From an uncultured Nitrososphaerota archaeon (GTDB taxonomy: Archaea; Thermoproteota; Nitrososphaeria; Nitrososphaerales; Nitrosopumilaceae), in the NCBI GenBank assembly GCA_963701075.1, contig OY969559.1, forward strand, positions 1,376,001-1,440,000: DNA of 64,000 nucleotides. Direction: 5' to 3'. A program made the position numbers and the translations under genes. The notes under the pieces are model-generated. The model was not told where the DNA came from, made no database searches, and saw only the letters and a program-made list of their open reading frames with translations. Shown here piece by piece: positions 32,461-42,911 of this stretch. Position 1 is the first letter of the stretch. Every line of letters starts with the position of its first letter.

Positions 32461-34068
32461 ATGCAGTCGGAAACTAAGTACATTTTTGTAACAGGTGGAG
32501 TCATGTCAGGGCTTGGCAAAGGCGTTGTTTCGTCATCCATAGCAAAACTCCTTCAACTTTCAAATCAGAAGGTTTCTTGTGTTAAGATCGATCCCTATCT
32601 GAATTACGATGCCGGAACCATGAATCCAATTGCTCATGGTGAGGTATTTGTCACTGATGACGGAGGCGAATGCGACATGGACATTGGCAATTATGAGCGG
32701 TTCCTAAATCAGAGCATACCAAGAACACATAACATCACTACAGCCCAGATCTACTCAAGTGTGATAGAGTCTGAGAGACGAGGCGAATACTTGGGAGCAT
32801 GTGTTCAGATAATACCCCATGTGACAGATGCCATCAAGGATAGGATTAGAGGCATTGCAAAGAGCGAGAACCTGGATGTTTTAGTGGTAGAATGCGGCGG
32901 AACCGTTGGTGACATTGAAAGTCTGCCATTTCTAGAAGCATTAAGACAAATGAGGTTAGAGGAAGGATCTGACAATGTAGTTTTTGTTCATGTGACATTG
33001 GCACCGTCTCTTGATGTAGTAGGTGAACAAAAGACAAAGCCTACTCAACATAGTGTTCAAGAACTAAGAAGAATCGGTATTCAGCCCGACTTGATGGCAG
33101 TAAGATGTAGCAGGCCACTTGAAACTTCGGCAAAGAGAAAAATTTCATTGTTTTCTAACGTTTCTGAAAAGGATGTATTCTCATGTCATGACGCAGAATC
33201 CATACTAATGATACCGCAAATGTTGTATGATCAAGGAATTATCGATGTAATTTTTAAAAAATTTGGCAAGGTTGGACTTGTAAATACCTCAACTAACTGG
33301 GACAAGTGGAATGCCATAGTGAACTCGTTTGTCAACGTAAAAGACCAAGTAAAGATAGCCATGGTTGGAAAGTATGTCAAGTTGGCTGATAGTTATGTCA
33401 GTGTAAATCATGCACTAAAACATGCAGGATCCAAGATTGGCAAGAATGTGACAATAGACTGGATAGACTCTGAAGAGCTGAACGGTGATGTGGATAAGCT
33501 TGCACAATATCATGGAATTATTGTTCCAGGGGGATTTGGCGAACGTGGCGCCGAGGGTATAATCAAAACAGCAAATTTTGCACGAGAGAAAAATATACCA
33601 TACCTCGGCATATGTTTCGGATTTCAACTGGCAGCTGTTGCATTTGGTCGATACGTATGTGGCTTGTCAGATGCAAATTCAACTGAGATCAATCCAAATA
33701 CACGAGATCCTGTAATAGATCTTCTACCAGAGCAAAAATTCATTGAAAACAAAGGTGGTTCTCTCAGGCTAGGAGCAAACGAAATTAAAGTTGATAATAA
33801 CACTCTGGGGTTCAAGATTTACAAATCAAATACAATCTTTAAGAGACATAGACATAGATACGAATTTAATCAAAAATATCTAGAGTTATTCAATACAAAA
33901 GGACTGCAATTCTCAGGATATAGCGATAACAAAAAACGTATGGAGATTCTTGAGATACCAAATCACAAGTTCTATCTAGGAGTGCAATTCCATCCAGAGT
34001 TTAGTAGCAGGCCTGGATATCCAGAAGAGTCTTTTGAGGCATTCATACAAGCAGCCTCTAGTGCATAA
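32461..34068 (+). CDS. pyrG: CTP synthase
   Basis: GGVMSGLGKG, HGEVFV, GGTVGDIES, KTKPTQ, GICFG, RHRHRYE, QFHPEF. Confidence 0.97.
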   Translation: MQSETKYIFVTGGVMSGLGKGVVSSSIAKLLQLSNQKVSCVKIDPYLNYDAGTMNPIAHGEVFVTDDGGECDMDIGNYERFLNQSIPRTHNITTAQIYSSVIESERRGEYLGACVQIIPHVTDAIKDRIRGIAKSENLDVLVVECGGTVGDIESLPFLEALRQMRLEEGSDNVVFVHVTLAPSLDVVGEQKTKPTQHSVQELRRIGIQPDLMAVRCSRPLETSAKRKISLFSNVSEKDVFSCHDAESILMIPQMLYDQGIIDVIFKKFGKVGLVNTSTNWDKWNAIVNSFVNVKDQVKIAMVGKYVKLADSYVSVNHALKHAGSKIGKNVTIDWIDSEELNGDVDKLAQYHGIIVPGGFGERGAEGIIKTANFAREKNIPYLGICFGFQLAAVAFGRYVCGLSDANSTEINPNTRDPVIDLLPEQKFIENKGGSLRLGANEIKVDNNTLGFKIYKSNTIFKRHRHRYEFNQKYLELFNTKGLQFSGYSDNKKRMEILEIPNHKFYLGVQFHPEFSSRPGYPEESFEAFIQAASSA

Positions 34069-35063
34069 TCATTTTGGGATTTCATAGATTCGTTGCCTAG
34101 TATCTCGAAGTGAAACCCTTCTTTTCACGTAGCCCTTATCAAGCAAGTGTCTAAGTGCTAGTCTCACGGTCCTATCGGGAAGTAGAGTTTTTGCCACTAG
34201 TTCCTTTTGGGTAAGAGAATCCTTCATACTCTAATGTTTTAAGTAGTAACTTTGAGCTCGGTGGCATGTTTAAGAGTTCATCTGCAAGTTGTACTTTTTT
34301 TGCCAAAGCAGAAACTGTAGTTGAATCCTTTTTCATACGAATAACGTTAGCTGATTGTGAAAAATTAGTGCATTCTACAGTCTTATCAACTTTGAATCTA
34401 TCTTTCCCATCCATTACAACCTCGCATCTCAGACTAGATGATATGTCATCAATCTCGATAAAACTATCTTCTGGCACTATTAGTGGACGCCTTGTTATAT
34501 CAAGGGAGTTTACTGAGACTACACAGAACACTTTAGAACCTTGGTATACTGCAGGTCCACCCGCAGACATGGAATATGCAGATGAGCCAATAGGAGTAGA
34601 CACAATCAAACCATCGCTGCTATCATGCCAAAATTCCTCTCCGTTTACACGCAAAACATGCTCCATCAGAGTTGCACTTTTTGAAGAAAAAATTGCTACA
34701 TCGTTTAGTGCAGGGTAAACACTTTTGTCATCAATTTTAACTCCTACTCTAGTCAGGTGTTCTATCGTAAAATCACCTTTTTTTAGCCTGTTGAGATAAA
34801 TTGGAAATTCTTTAAGAATCAGTCTGAGCCAGGTAACCACTTGATTCAAACTCATTAATTCCTAAGACAGGTATCGTACTATTGACAAAACGGTGAAAGT
34901 ATGATCTTACTCCACGGTCTCCCCCAGTTACAATCACATAATCAATCTCTTTTCCAAAGGTTTTGTTAGTAAGAATATTTGATTCAATTCCATGACTTTC
35001 AAGGGATTGCTTGACCGACTTTACAGTCTGGTCTTGATCTTGACTGTAAATGGCCACTTTCAT
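34069..35063 (-). CDS. nadK: NAD kinase fused to a C-terminal HTH, with two extra bases (about 34818 and 34219; probable sequencing errors)
   Basis: GGDRG, LNDV, DGLIVSTPIGSSAYSMSAGGP; repaired C-terminus GSLTQKELVAKTLLPDRTVRLALRHLLDKGYV; length is 3n+2. Confidence 0.85.
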
Positions 35064-35095
35064 ATCAGAGACTGAACCCTTGCACAATAAAAAGC

Positions 35096-35971
35096 CTAAA
35101 CTTGCGAGAACTTTACCAGGTTATACAGATACGCAGCATTTTGTTGTATACTACCTGAATTTGGTATTTTTGAGATGCCAGTAGCTTTTGTCTCCAATGC
35201 TGCCTGAGCTGCTCCAACTGCAAAACAGATAGCCCATAGAGAATCTTTCTCTTTCAGATATGAACATGCAAATGCTGCACAGAATATATCTCCCACACCA
35301 GTTGTGTCTCCAATCTCCATATTTGGAATGTGTAAATTATACAGCCTGTCTTTAACTAGCATCATTATGTCTTGTTTGTTGGTGTAAAGAACGTGTTTCA
35401 CTCCTTTCTTTTGCAATGCAAGCATTGCTTCCTTCTCTTGCAAACCTGTAAGATAGAAAGCCTCGTCTGGGTCTGTTTTAATTGCTGTTATTTTTGAAAC
35501 GTCAAGCAATGTTTTTTCAAGATATATCTTACCATTACCATCAACACGACGCAAGAATCCTTGGGGATCAAATAGAAAAAAATCAGAATCTTCTCTTATT
35601 TGATCAAGTGTTTCCTCTGATACTTCGTCAAAGACAGGACTTACAATGAAACCGTCTGCGTCAGAATTACTAAATTCTATTGGATCGCATTTTGCCTTGA
35701 GATACAACTCTCGTTCTGCACCAAGAACATTTAGTGAAAAACGAGTAGTGGGATTATCGGAAGTTGCGTTCTGTGGAAGGAACAGGCCCTTGGCCTCAAG
35801 ATCGCGCTTGAATTTAAAATCAGGTCCGACTCTAGTTTGTAGTTCTACATCAAATTTCATATTTTTGGCAGTAATTCCGCAATAGGCAGCAGGTCCTCCA
35901 GGTGTTTCCACCACCTGCCCATTTCTTGATATCTCATCTATAGTGCAATGTGACAATATGGCAAGTTTCAT
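35096..35971 (-). CDS. PfkB/ribokinase-family carbohydrate kinase
   Basis: PGGPAAY, DPQG, DTTGVGDIF; start placed at MKLAIL. Confidence 0.87.
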   Translation of the reverse strand: MKLAILSHCTIDEISRNGQVVETPGGPAAYCGITAKNMKFDVELQTRVGPDFKFKRDLEAKGLFLPQNATSDNPTTRFSLNVLGAERELYLKAKCDPIEFSNSDADGFIVSPVFDEVSEETLDQIREDSDFFLFDPQGFLRRVDGNGKIYLEKTLLDVSKITAIKTDPDEAFYLTGLQEKEAMLALQKKGVKHVLYTNKQDIMMLVKDRLYNLHIPNMEIGDTTGVGDIFCAAFACSYLKEKDSLWAICFAVGAAQAALETKATGISKIPNSGSIQQNAAYLYNLVKFSQV

Positions 35972-36214
35972 GGATTGTTTCCTAGCACCTTTCCATTTAG
36001 TTCTTCTTCTAAATTTGTTTTTTAAGATAGGAAGGCAAATTTCGGTGTTTTCCATAATGACTTACAGTATTAGAACTCGGACATGCTTGACACAAGCCGT
36101 ATACATATTCTAATGTTGCAGGTATCTCAAACTTTGTGATGAATAATCAAAATATTTGTCATAAAATTGTCTGGTCAAATGCGTTTATTTAGAGGCATAT
36201 TACAGGTACCATAT

Positions 36215-36503
36215 ATGCCATTAAAGCGCGCAAGTAGAGGCAGAAAGAAAGGAGGAAAAGGATCCTCTGATCGTGTACAATGCTCTAACTGTGGCGCGAC
36301 CGTACCACGTGACAAGGCAAAGAAAGTAACATCGAGATTGAATCTGGTAGAACATAGTTTAGCTGAAAGAGCTTAGAGCACAAGGAGCTTACATCGCCTC
36401 ACCTACAGTATTGAAGCATTATTGTATCTCATGTGCAATTCACTTTGGCATACTAAAGATTAGATCAGCAGATTCGAGACGTCAAACAGGTAGACTGCGC
36501 TAG
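36215..36503 (+). CDS. rps26e: 30S ribosomal protein S26e, with one extra G at 36365 (probable sequencing error)
   Basis: MPLKRASRGRKKGGKG..VQCSNCG..VPRDKAKK; repaired frame continues LAKELRAQGAYI...YCISCAIHFGILKIRS. Confidence 0.93.
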
Positions 36504-37078
36504 TCGCTTATCTTTTTAGCTGTAGCAATCATTCTTTGGACAAATGTTATTCCTGCAATAATGATTACTATGATTACAGCGTAATTGAGAAAAACTGCAC
36601 CTGCCATTCCAACTATTGCGATTACAAGTAATCGTTCTGCTCGTTCACCTATTCCAATTCCCTGTAGCTGAATGCCTAGCGATTCCGCTCTTGCTCGGGT
36701 GTAACTTACAAGCAATGACAGAGTTATTGCTAAAAGAACTAGATAGCCTTCAGAATAATTTCCAACTAGTATGCCAAGAAATATTGCAACTTCTGCAATC
36801 TTGTCAAAAACAGAATCTAGAAAGGCGCCTTTTTTAGATGTCTTTCCTGTGATTCGTGCTACTTGGCCGTCCACGATATCAAAAAATCCAGAAATCAAAA
36901 GTAGAATGCCACCGATTACAAACGAATACTGGAAATGAATTCCATAAACTATTGCGGATGCAAATGCAAATACAAGACCTACTGCAGTCCAGAAATTTGC
37001 AGAAAGACCAGTAGAAGCAAAGGCTTTTCCTATGTTCTGTAGAGTTGGTTTTAGGCTCTCTCTGAAATTGTTAAGCAT
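36500..37078 (-). CDS. CDP-alcohol phosphatidyltransferase (archaetidylinositol phosphate synthase-like)
   Basis: DIVDGQVAR...GAFLDSVFD, SYTRARAE, GERAER. Confidence 0.88.
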   Translation of the reverse strand: MLNNFRESLKPTLQNIGKAFASTGLSANFWTAVGLVFAFASAIVYGIHFQYSFVIGGILLLISGFFDIVDGQVARITGKTSKKGAFLDSVFDKIAEVAIFLGILVGNYSEGYLVLLAITLSLLVSYTRARAESLGIQLQGIGIGERAERLLVIAIVGMAGAVFLNYAVIIVIIIAGITFVQRMIATAKKISD

Positions 37079-37169
37079 CTTGACTCTCAATCGTTCTTTA
37101 GGATTAAAGCGTTTACGCCTTCACAAACGGACCAAAAATACTCAAATAATATAGGGTAGAATAACTTGC

Positions 37170-37382
37170 ATGGGCATCATAGCCAAAGGTGCAAAGTGTA
37201 ATGTTATTGGTTGTGATAAAGACGGACTTCGTTCTTTAACCACTTCCAAGGTTGAAGGCACTGGCTTGAGTATTTCTGGCGTTGGAAAGAAAACAGCACT
37301 GTGTAAAGAACATTACAAAGAATGGAAAAAGGCAACCAAAGACGACCGAGATGTTGAAAGGGCTAGATACGATAGATTTTAG
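37170..37382 (+). CDS. Small conserved archaeal putative Zn-binding protein
   Basis: MG.I.KG.KCNVIGC...LCKEHYKEWKK. Confidence 0.75.
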   Translation: MGIIAKGAKCNVIGCDKDGLRSLTTSKVEGTGLSISGVGKKTALCKEHYKEWKKATKDDRDVERARYDRF

Positions 37383-37531
37383 CCACCTTCTTTTATTCTC
37401 AGACTTGACAAAATTATTTAAGCAAATTTTACGTAAATTGTAATTACTTGCTATCTTGAATATTCGATATGCTTTAAGAGCTAATGCCAAAAACGAGGCC
37501 TTTATAATGCCCTGATTTGTCAAACAATCCG

Positions 37532-38119
37532 ATGAAGTCAAAACCAATGGGCGCGCTATTGGGTGTTTTGGCGATAGTTGCCATTATTGCAATAGCTCCA
37601 CAAGCTTTTGCGGCCAATGCCCAAGTAACAATCAGCAAGGGGGCAAGCTTAACTAATGGAACTTGTTCAGCAACAACCTGTTTTAATCCAAATTCCGTCA
37701 GCATCAATGTTGGCGACACAATAACTTGGACAAACGCTGATACAGTTGGACATACTGCAACAAGCGGAAAACCTTCAGACAATACAACCGGTACTGTCTG
37801 GGACAGCAGTTTGATTAAGGCCGGAGGCACATTTACATCTCCTCCTTTCGCAACAGCTGGAACGTATAACTATTTTTGCCAAGTTCATCCATGGATGACT
37901 GGTCAAGTAATAGTTGGAGCAGGATCTGCAGCTAGTTCACCAACTACCACCGCACCTTCAGGAAACAATATGACAGGTATGAACATGACTGGAAACAGCA
38001 CGATGTCTGGAAACCAGACCGTACCCGAATTTGGCCCTGTAGCGTCACTAGTTCTTGTAATTGCAATTATTAGCGTAATTGCATTCACAGCAAAGACTAG
38101 AGGCTTACCAAAGCTCTAA
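37532..38119 (+). CDS. Blue copper protein (cupredoxin) with PEFG-CTERM anchor
   Basis: Signal peptide; HTATSG and YFCQVHPWM type-1 Cu ligands; VPEFG plus transmembrane segment and basic tail. Confidence 0.9.
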   Translation: MKSKPMGALLGVLAIVAIIAIAPQAFAANAQVTISKGASLTNGTCSATTCFNPNSVSINVGDTITWTNADTVGHTATSGKPSDNTTGTVWDSSLIKAGGTFTSPPFATAGTYNYFCQVHPWMTGQVIVGAGSAASSPTTTAPSGNNMTGMNMTGNSTMSGNQTVPEFGPVASLVLVIAIISVIAFTAKTRGLPKL

Positions 38120-38148
38120 ATCTTCCATTTTTCTATTTTTAATTCGTA

Positions 38149-39225
38149 CTATTTTTTTACATTTTTCTTGTTGTTAAAATAGGAACTGGCAAGGTCTTTG
38201 TAATACTTGTCCAATTTCTTGTACAGCCGCTTTGGTTTCCTAGGCTTTTCAGTGCTTAATGCATAAAGACATAGCACCGGAAATGCAATAGTTGCGTCAG
38301 TGTACACCATTATAACATCTTCATGCGCATCCTTTACTTTGCCCCAGCTTTTTCCCTCTTGTAACGTAGCCCCAGATAGACCACCAGTATCGGGTCTTGC
38401 GTCAGTTATCTGAATAATGTAATTTTGTCCACCATGGCCCAATCCAAGTATTTGATCTAAGAGCGGACCTGTTTGCTGCGCAGTGTTTTTTGGCACTCCA
38501 CCACCCAACTCCACTATGCCAGACTTTTCCGAGTTGTAAACTATTGCAGCTTGCTCCAATATTTCCCTTACAAAATCTAAATTATACAACTTGTTTTCAA
38601 GGCGCAGTGGGGCAAGATCCAATGCAAGTGACGAGTCCTTTAATGTAGAGATGTAAACAGGTACATCATAGTCATAGGCAGTCACTACAAAGCTTTTTTC
38701 AGGATGTTTTGAATGTGCTTTTGAGTATTTCCCCATTGCATTACAAAACTCTGCTGTTGTAAATGACTCATCAATAAGATTATCTGTGAACATTTTTTGA
38801 ACTATTTTATCCTCTGCTTTTAGTGTCTCTTCGCCTTTGATGTATACATCCCTGATTCTGACGATATCTTTTTCATATAATACCATGTCATCTACTTCAA
38901 AATGGCCTTGTTTTACAGGTAAATTCCATGCAAAATGGTCCTCATGGTATACATTTGCGCCAGTTGAGATTATCCAATCTACAAATCCTCGTTCTATCAG
39001 TGTTTTAAAAAGCCCGCCAAACCCAACTGGTGTCATTGCACCAGATACAGTAAGGCAGATGGTGGCATCATCCTCAATCATTTTACAATAGAGTTTAGCA
39101 GCGTCACCTCACTGTCTAGCATTATAACCAGTACTTGCGAAGATTTCTACCAAATCATCAATGCCCATGTTGGGTTTTATTTTTAGATGAGGAATATCTT
39201 TTCCACGAAAATTATGATGATCCAC
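38149..39225 (-). CDS. Deoxyhypusine synthase-like protein (possible homospermidine synthase); in-frame TGA at 39109-39111 is a probable sequencing error
   Basis: SGAMTP.G, STGAN.YH, GGGVPKN, GGLSGATLQEGKSWGK; upstream frame MDHHNFRGKD...GYNARQ*GDAAKLY is continuous. Confidence 0.85.
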
Positions 39226-39312
39226 GAACGGGTAATTTAATTTTGGGCTAAATAAATACTTGCCAACAACATTTCAATGATCATATTTTGCGATACAGTG
39301 TGAAGAGATTGT

Positions 39313-39438
39313 TCATGCAGCAGCTAACTTTACTTCTGTTGCATGGTGTCGTGAGACTTCATTATGCATTGTAACATGCGCATGTTCTTTGAAAACCAAG
39401 TTACATCGGTAACATTTCCACGCAGTCATGCCGCTCAT
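39313..39438 (-). CDS. Small C2H2-type zinc-finger protein, 41 aa (not in the ORF track)
   Basis: MSGMTAWKCYRCNLVFKEHAHVTMHNEVSRHHATEVKLAAA; TTATATAG upstream. Confidence 0.7.
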   Translation of the reverse strand: MSGMTAWKCYRCNLVFKEHAHVTMHNEVSRHHATEVKLAAA

Positions 39439-39608
39439 GGCTCCATATCACAATTTTGCTATATAAGACCCGCGTATGATTTGTACTAGTAAATCATCTA
39501 ATCAAAAAACAATTTAACATAATTCTGATGAACATGATTGATAAATGGTTATTCATTTTCAATTCCTGCCATATAGTATTTTAATAACAATCAAGAGACT
39601 GAAAATGA

Positions 39609-41381
39609 ATGCGACCTTTCAAGCCAGGTAAATGGAATCTAAATGAACTTGTAACTAACCCTTATTCTCCCTCATTTAAGGGCAGATTACATGAGATCGA
39701 GTCCAAAGTCAAAGAATTTGAAAAAAATAAGAAGAATCTCGTTTCTAATATTTCGGAAAAAAAATTTGTGTCTATGCTCCATGCCTTGGAAGAGATATCA
39801 GAAAAGTTTGGCATTGTTTCAGGCTATGCATCGTTAGAGTATTCTTCAGATACCCAGTCTGACAAGATAACTTCACTTCTTACTAAAATGAGACAGTTTG
39901 GAGCAGAAATTGATAACCGTACTTTGTTTTTTGATCAATGGTGGAAGAAGCAACTTGATGAAAAAAATGCACAGAGGCTAATGCAGCATACCGGCGAACT
40001 GCATGAATTTCTCAGGCATAAAAGGGCATTGGCACGATATTCATTATCAGAGCCTGAAGAGAAGATAATAAACACGTTAGATGTCACTGGCCACTCTGCC
40101 CTTGTAAAACTGTATGACAAAATTACTAATGCGTTCCAATTTACCGTAAAAATCAATGGAAAAACAAGAATCTATACTAGAGAAGAACTCACCCAACTTG
40201 TAAGAAGCCCAAAAGCAAAAACAAGAGAGATTGCATACAAATCACTTTTGTTGCAATTCGACAAGAACAAAGGCGTGCTGGGCGAGATATATCAAAATAT
40301 TGCTCTGAATTGGAAAGACGAGTGTATCCAAATTAGAGGATATGCATCTCCCATATCTGTTAGAAATATTGGAAACGACGTAGACGACAAAACCGTCAAG
40401 TCACTTATTTCAGTATGCAGAAATAATTCAGATGTATTTCGAAGATTTTTCTCATTGAAAGGGCGCATTTTAAAAGTAAAGAAGCTTCGAAGATATGACT
40501 TGTATGCACCTATCCAAAAAAAAGAAGAAAAAAAATACACGTATGATAAAGCAGTGAATATAGTACTTCAAACCCTTGATAGTTTTAATCCCACTTTGGG
40601 CGAATTTGCAAAAAGAGTTTTTACAGAAGATCATGTGGATTCTCAGATAAGAATTGGGAAGAGAAGCGGAGCCTTTTGTAGTACAATAGCACCAAAGATA
40701 ACTCCTTTTGTTTTACTAAATTTCAAAGGAAGAACTAATGATGTCTTTACCATGGCGCATGAATTAGGACATGCCATACACAGTATTGCTGCATCAGACA
40801 AATCAATTTTCATACAAGAAGCACCTTTACCATTGGCAGAAACTGCATCTACATTTTCTGAGATGTTATTATTTGATAGAATCCTAAATCAGGTTTCAGA
40901 TGAAGAGCAGCAAGCAAATCTAGTTGAGCATATTGATGATCTTTATGCTACCGTTGGAAGACAAGCATATTTCACAATTTTTGAGATTGACGCACATCAG
41001 AAAATAGGAGAAAGTGCAACGGTGCAAGAGATATCTGAAGAATATATGAAAACATTAAAGGAACAGTTTGGAGCATCACTTTCTATTTCTCCAGATTTTG
41101 CAGTAGAATGGACTTGTATCCCTCACTTCTTTCACTCTCCTTTCTATTGTTACTCGTATTCATTTGGAAACCTATTGTCACTTTCTTTATTCCAGAGATA
41201 CAGAAAGGAAGGGCAATCGTTTGCGTCTACCTATGTGAAGATCCTTGCTGCTGGAGGGGCACAAAAACCAGAGGAATTGCTCAAAGAATACGACATAGAC
41301 ATATCATCTGAAAAATTCTGGCAAGAAGGATTTGACTATATCAAAAACCAGACTAAAAGGCTTGAAGGTTTAATAGATTAA
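39609..41381 (+). CDS. pepF: Oligoendopeptidase F (M3B)
   Basis: GKRSGAFC, HELGH, AETAS.FSE, W..IPHF...FY.YSYSFG. Confidence 0.92.
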   Translation: MRPFKPGKWNLNELVTNPYSPSFKGRLHEIESKVKEFEKNKKNLVSNISEKKFVSMLHALEEISEKFGIVSGYASLEYSSDTQSDKITSLLTKMRQFGAEIDNRTLFFDQWWKKQLDEKNAQRLMQHTGELHEFLRHKRALARYSLSEPEEKIINTLDVTGHSALVKLYDKITNAFQFTVKINGKTRIYTREELTQLVRSPKAKTREIAYKSLLLQFDKNKGVLGEIYQNIALNWKDECIQIRGYASPISVRNIGNDVDDKTVKSLISVCRNNSDVFRRFFSLKGRILKVKKLRRYDLYAPIQKKEEKKYTYDKAVNIVLQTLDSFNPTLGEFAKRVFTEDHVDSQIRIGKRSGAFCSTIAPKITPFVLLNFKGRTNDVFTMAHELGHAIHSIAASDKSIFIQEAPLPLAETASTFSEMLLFDRILNQVSDEEQQANLVEHIDDLYATVGRQAYFTIFEIDAHQKIGESATVQEISEEYMKTLKEQFGASLSISPDFAVEWTCIPHFFHSPFYCYSYSFGNLLSLSLFQRYRKEGQSFASTYVKILAAGGAQKPEELLKEYDIDISSEKFWQEGFDYIKNQTKRLEGLID

Positions 41382-41445
41382 AATCGCCTGGCAACCAAGC
41401 GCCCCCAGTTGCCAGGCATGTTCCCCTACGGTTTGAACCGATGTC
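41380..41445 (-). ncRNA. Candidate small structured RNA or strong terminator hairpin
   Basis: 10-bp perfect GC-rich stem (41386-41395 / 41408-41417), second hairpin at 41429-41440, TATA-like sequence at about 41463-41476 and T-run downstream on the minus strand. Confidence 0.4.
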
Positions 41446-41529
41446 AGCAATCCAAATGATGCATTATAATTTAAACTATTTGGAACTGATCTGAAACTAT
41501 TTTATTTTATAACACCAACTAAGTTTCAA

Positions 41530-41685
41530 GTGAAATACCCTCGATGTTGCAATAAGAAAGCGGAATATTTGATTACCTATGATTGCGGTCCAGATCCTCA
41601 AGAGACCATACTCGTATGCAAGGAACACTTCAAAGAAGAACCATTTCAGCGCTTTGCAGTAAAGATAGAAAAGTTGCGTGGGTAG
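41530..41685 (+). CDS. Small Cys/His-containing protein, 51 aa (not in the ORF track)
   Basis: MKYPRCCNKKAEYLITYDCGPDPQETILVCKEHFKEEPFQRFAVKIEKLRG; GTG start about 20 nt after TTTTATAA. Confidence 0.6.
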   Translation: MKYPRCCNKKAEYLITYDCGPDPQETILVCKEHFKEEPFQRFAVKIEKLRG

Positions 41686-41718
41686 ACTTAATAATTCGAG
41701 CTAAAAAAGTGGCAGTAA

Positions 41719-42907
41719 ATGAAATCTGTCATCACAGTATTACTGATTTTTGTAGTTTTGATGGGTTCAATTGCAGGTGCACATGCGCAACAACCTCAAC
41801 TTGCAACATATCGCGAAACTGCCCAAGTCCTTGTTGATGAAAGAGTACAAAATCAGACTACAGCATTTATCACGCTAAGTAGTACTAGTCCTCTTGAAAT
41901 GCGCGTCCCTACTGCTCTAGACCAAAAAATTTCAAATGCTGCAAATGTTACATCCGTTGCGATAACTAATGCAAATTCATGTGTACTTGGAGTCACTGAC
42001 CAAATATGTGTTGTAATAACCATCTACTCACCATCATTGATAGAGAGCGTACAACATTACAAAAATACAAAGTACTTCTCAAGCAATTGGTGACACCTTG
42101 ATCAATGATATCAACAAGGCATTTTTGTTGGATGCGACCTTCAATTCAGCTTTTGTAAATCCCAAAGGAGAATTAAGTAGAGCTCTTGGTACCTCAGGAT
42201 CAGTATCTGGAAATAGAACAATTTCAGTTGTGTATACTGCACCACAACAAAAGTCCTCATATCTATTTGATCAATTGACATCAGTCCTTATGCCAACACA
42301 GATACGAGATGCAGGCGGATTTTACGATGTTGCAAAGAAAATGGCTGACTCTACCAATTCTACTGTCACTTTTGCAATAACTCCCACAACCAGCGGCCAG
42401 TCAATCTATCAATTACAAGTATCAGCACAGACACCAAACAAAGGCGAAGTAACATCCATTAGTCCCCTGGATCTTTTTGGCGTCAGTACACTAAGTAGAT
42501 CATCATATTTTAGCGGAGGCTTCTTTCCACTCAATTCCCTCTTTGAGATCTCAATTATATCAAATAATTATACTACCATAACAAATCACGGGGGAGACAT
42601 CACTCCAACGACATTCCGAAACGGTCAGAAGATTCCATCAGACCTCACACAACCAGGCTGGATATTTGAACCTGATTCAGGGCAGCAAATTACTGGGATT
42701 TACCTTTTTGGAACAACAACATCTGTATCAAGCGATGACTTGACACTTACATTAGGATCAGGCAGTACATCTCAGCCTAACCAGTCATTAACAAATTCTA
42801 GTACAACCAATACCACTCAGACAGGGCCAGACTATTCAACATATGCGCTAATAGGAATTGTAATAGCAGGTGGCGCCGCAGTCTATCTTTTCATGAAAAG
42901 AAGATAA
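41719..42907 (+). CDS. Exported, C-terminally anchored surface protein, with one extra G at 42049 (joins the two track ORFs)
   Basis: Signal peptide in the first ORF; Ser/Thr linker, transmembrane segment and KRR in the second; repaired junction IESYNITKIQSTSQAIGDTLIND. Confidence 0.75.
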
Positions 42908-42911
42908 TAAC

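Noticed and set aside
39109-39111. In-frame TGA in the DHS-like gene as selenocysteine or readthrough
   Set aside because: The expected residue is Leu, not Cys. The same AGCT-to-AGTG change would explain an odd residue in leuB, so a base-calling error is the simpler explanation.
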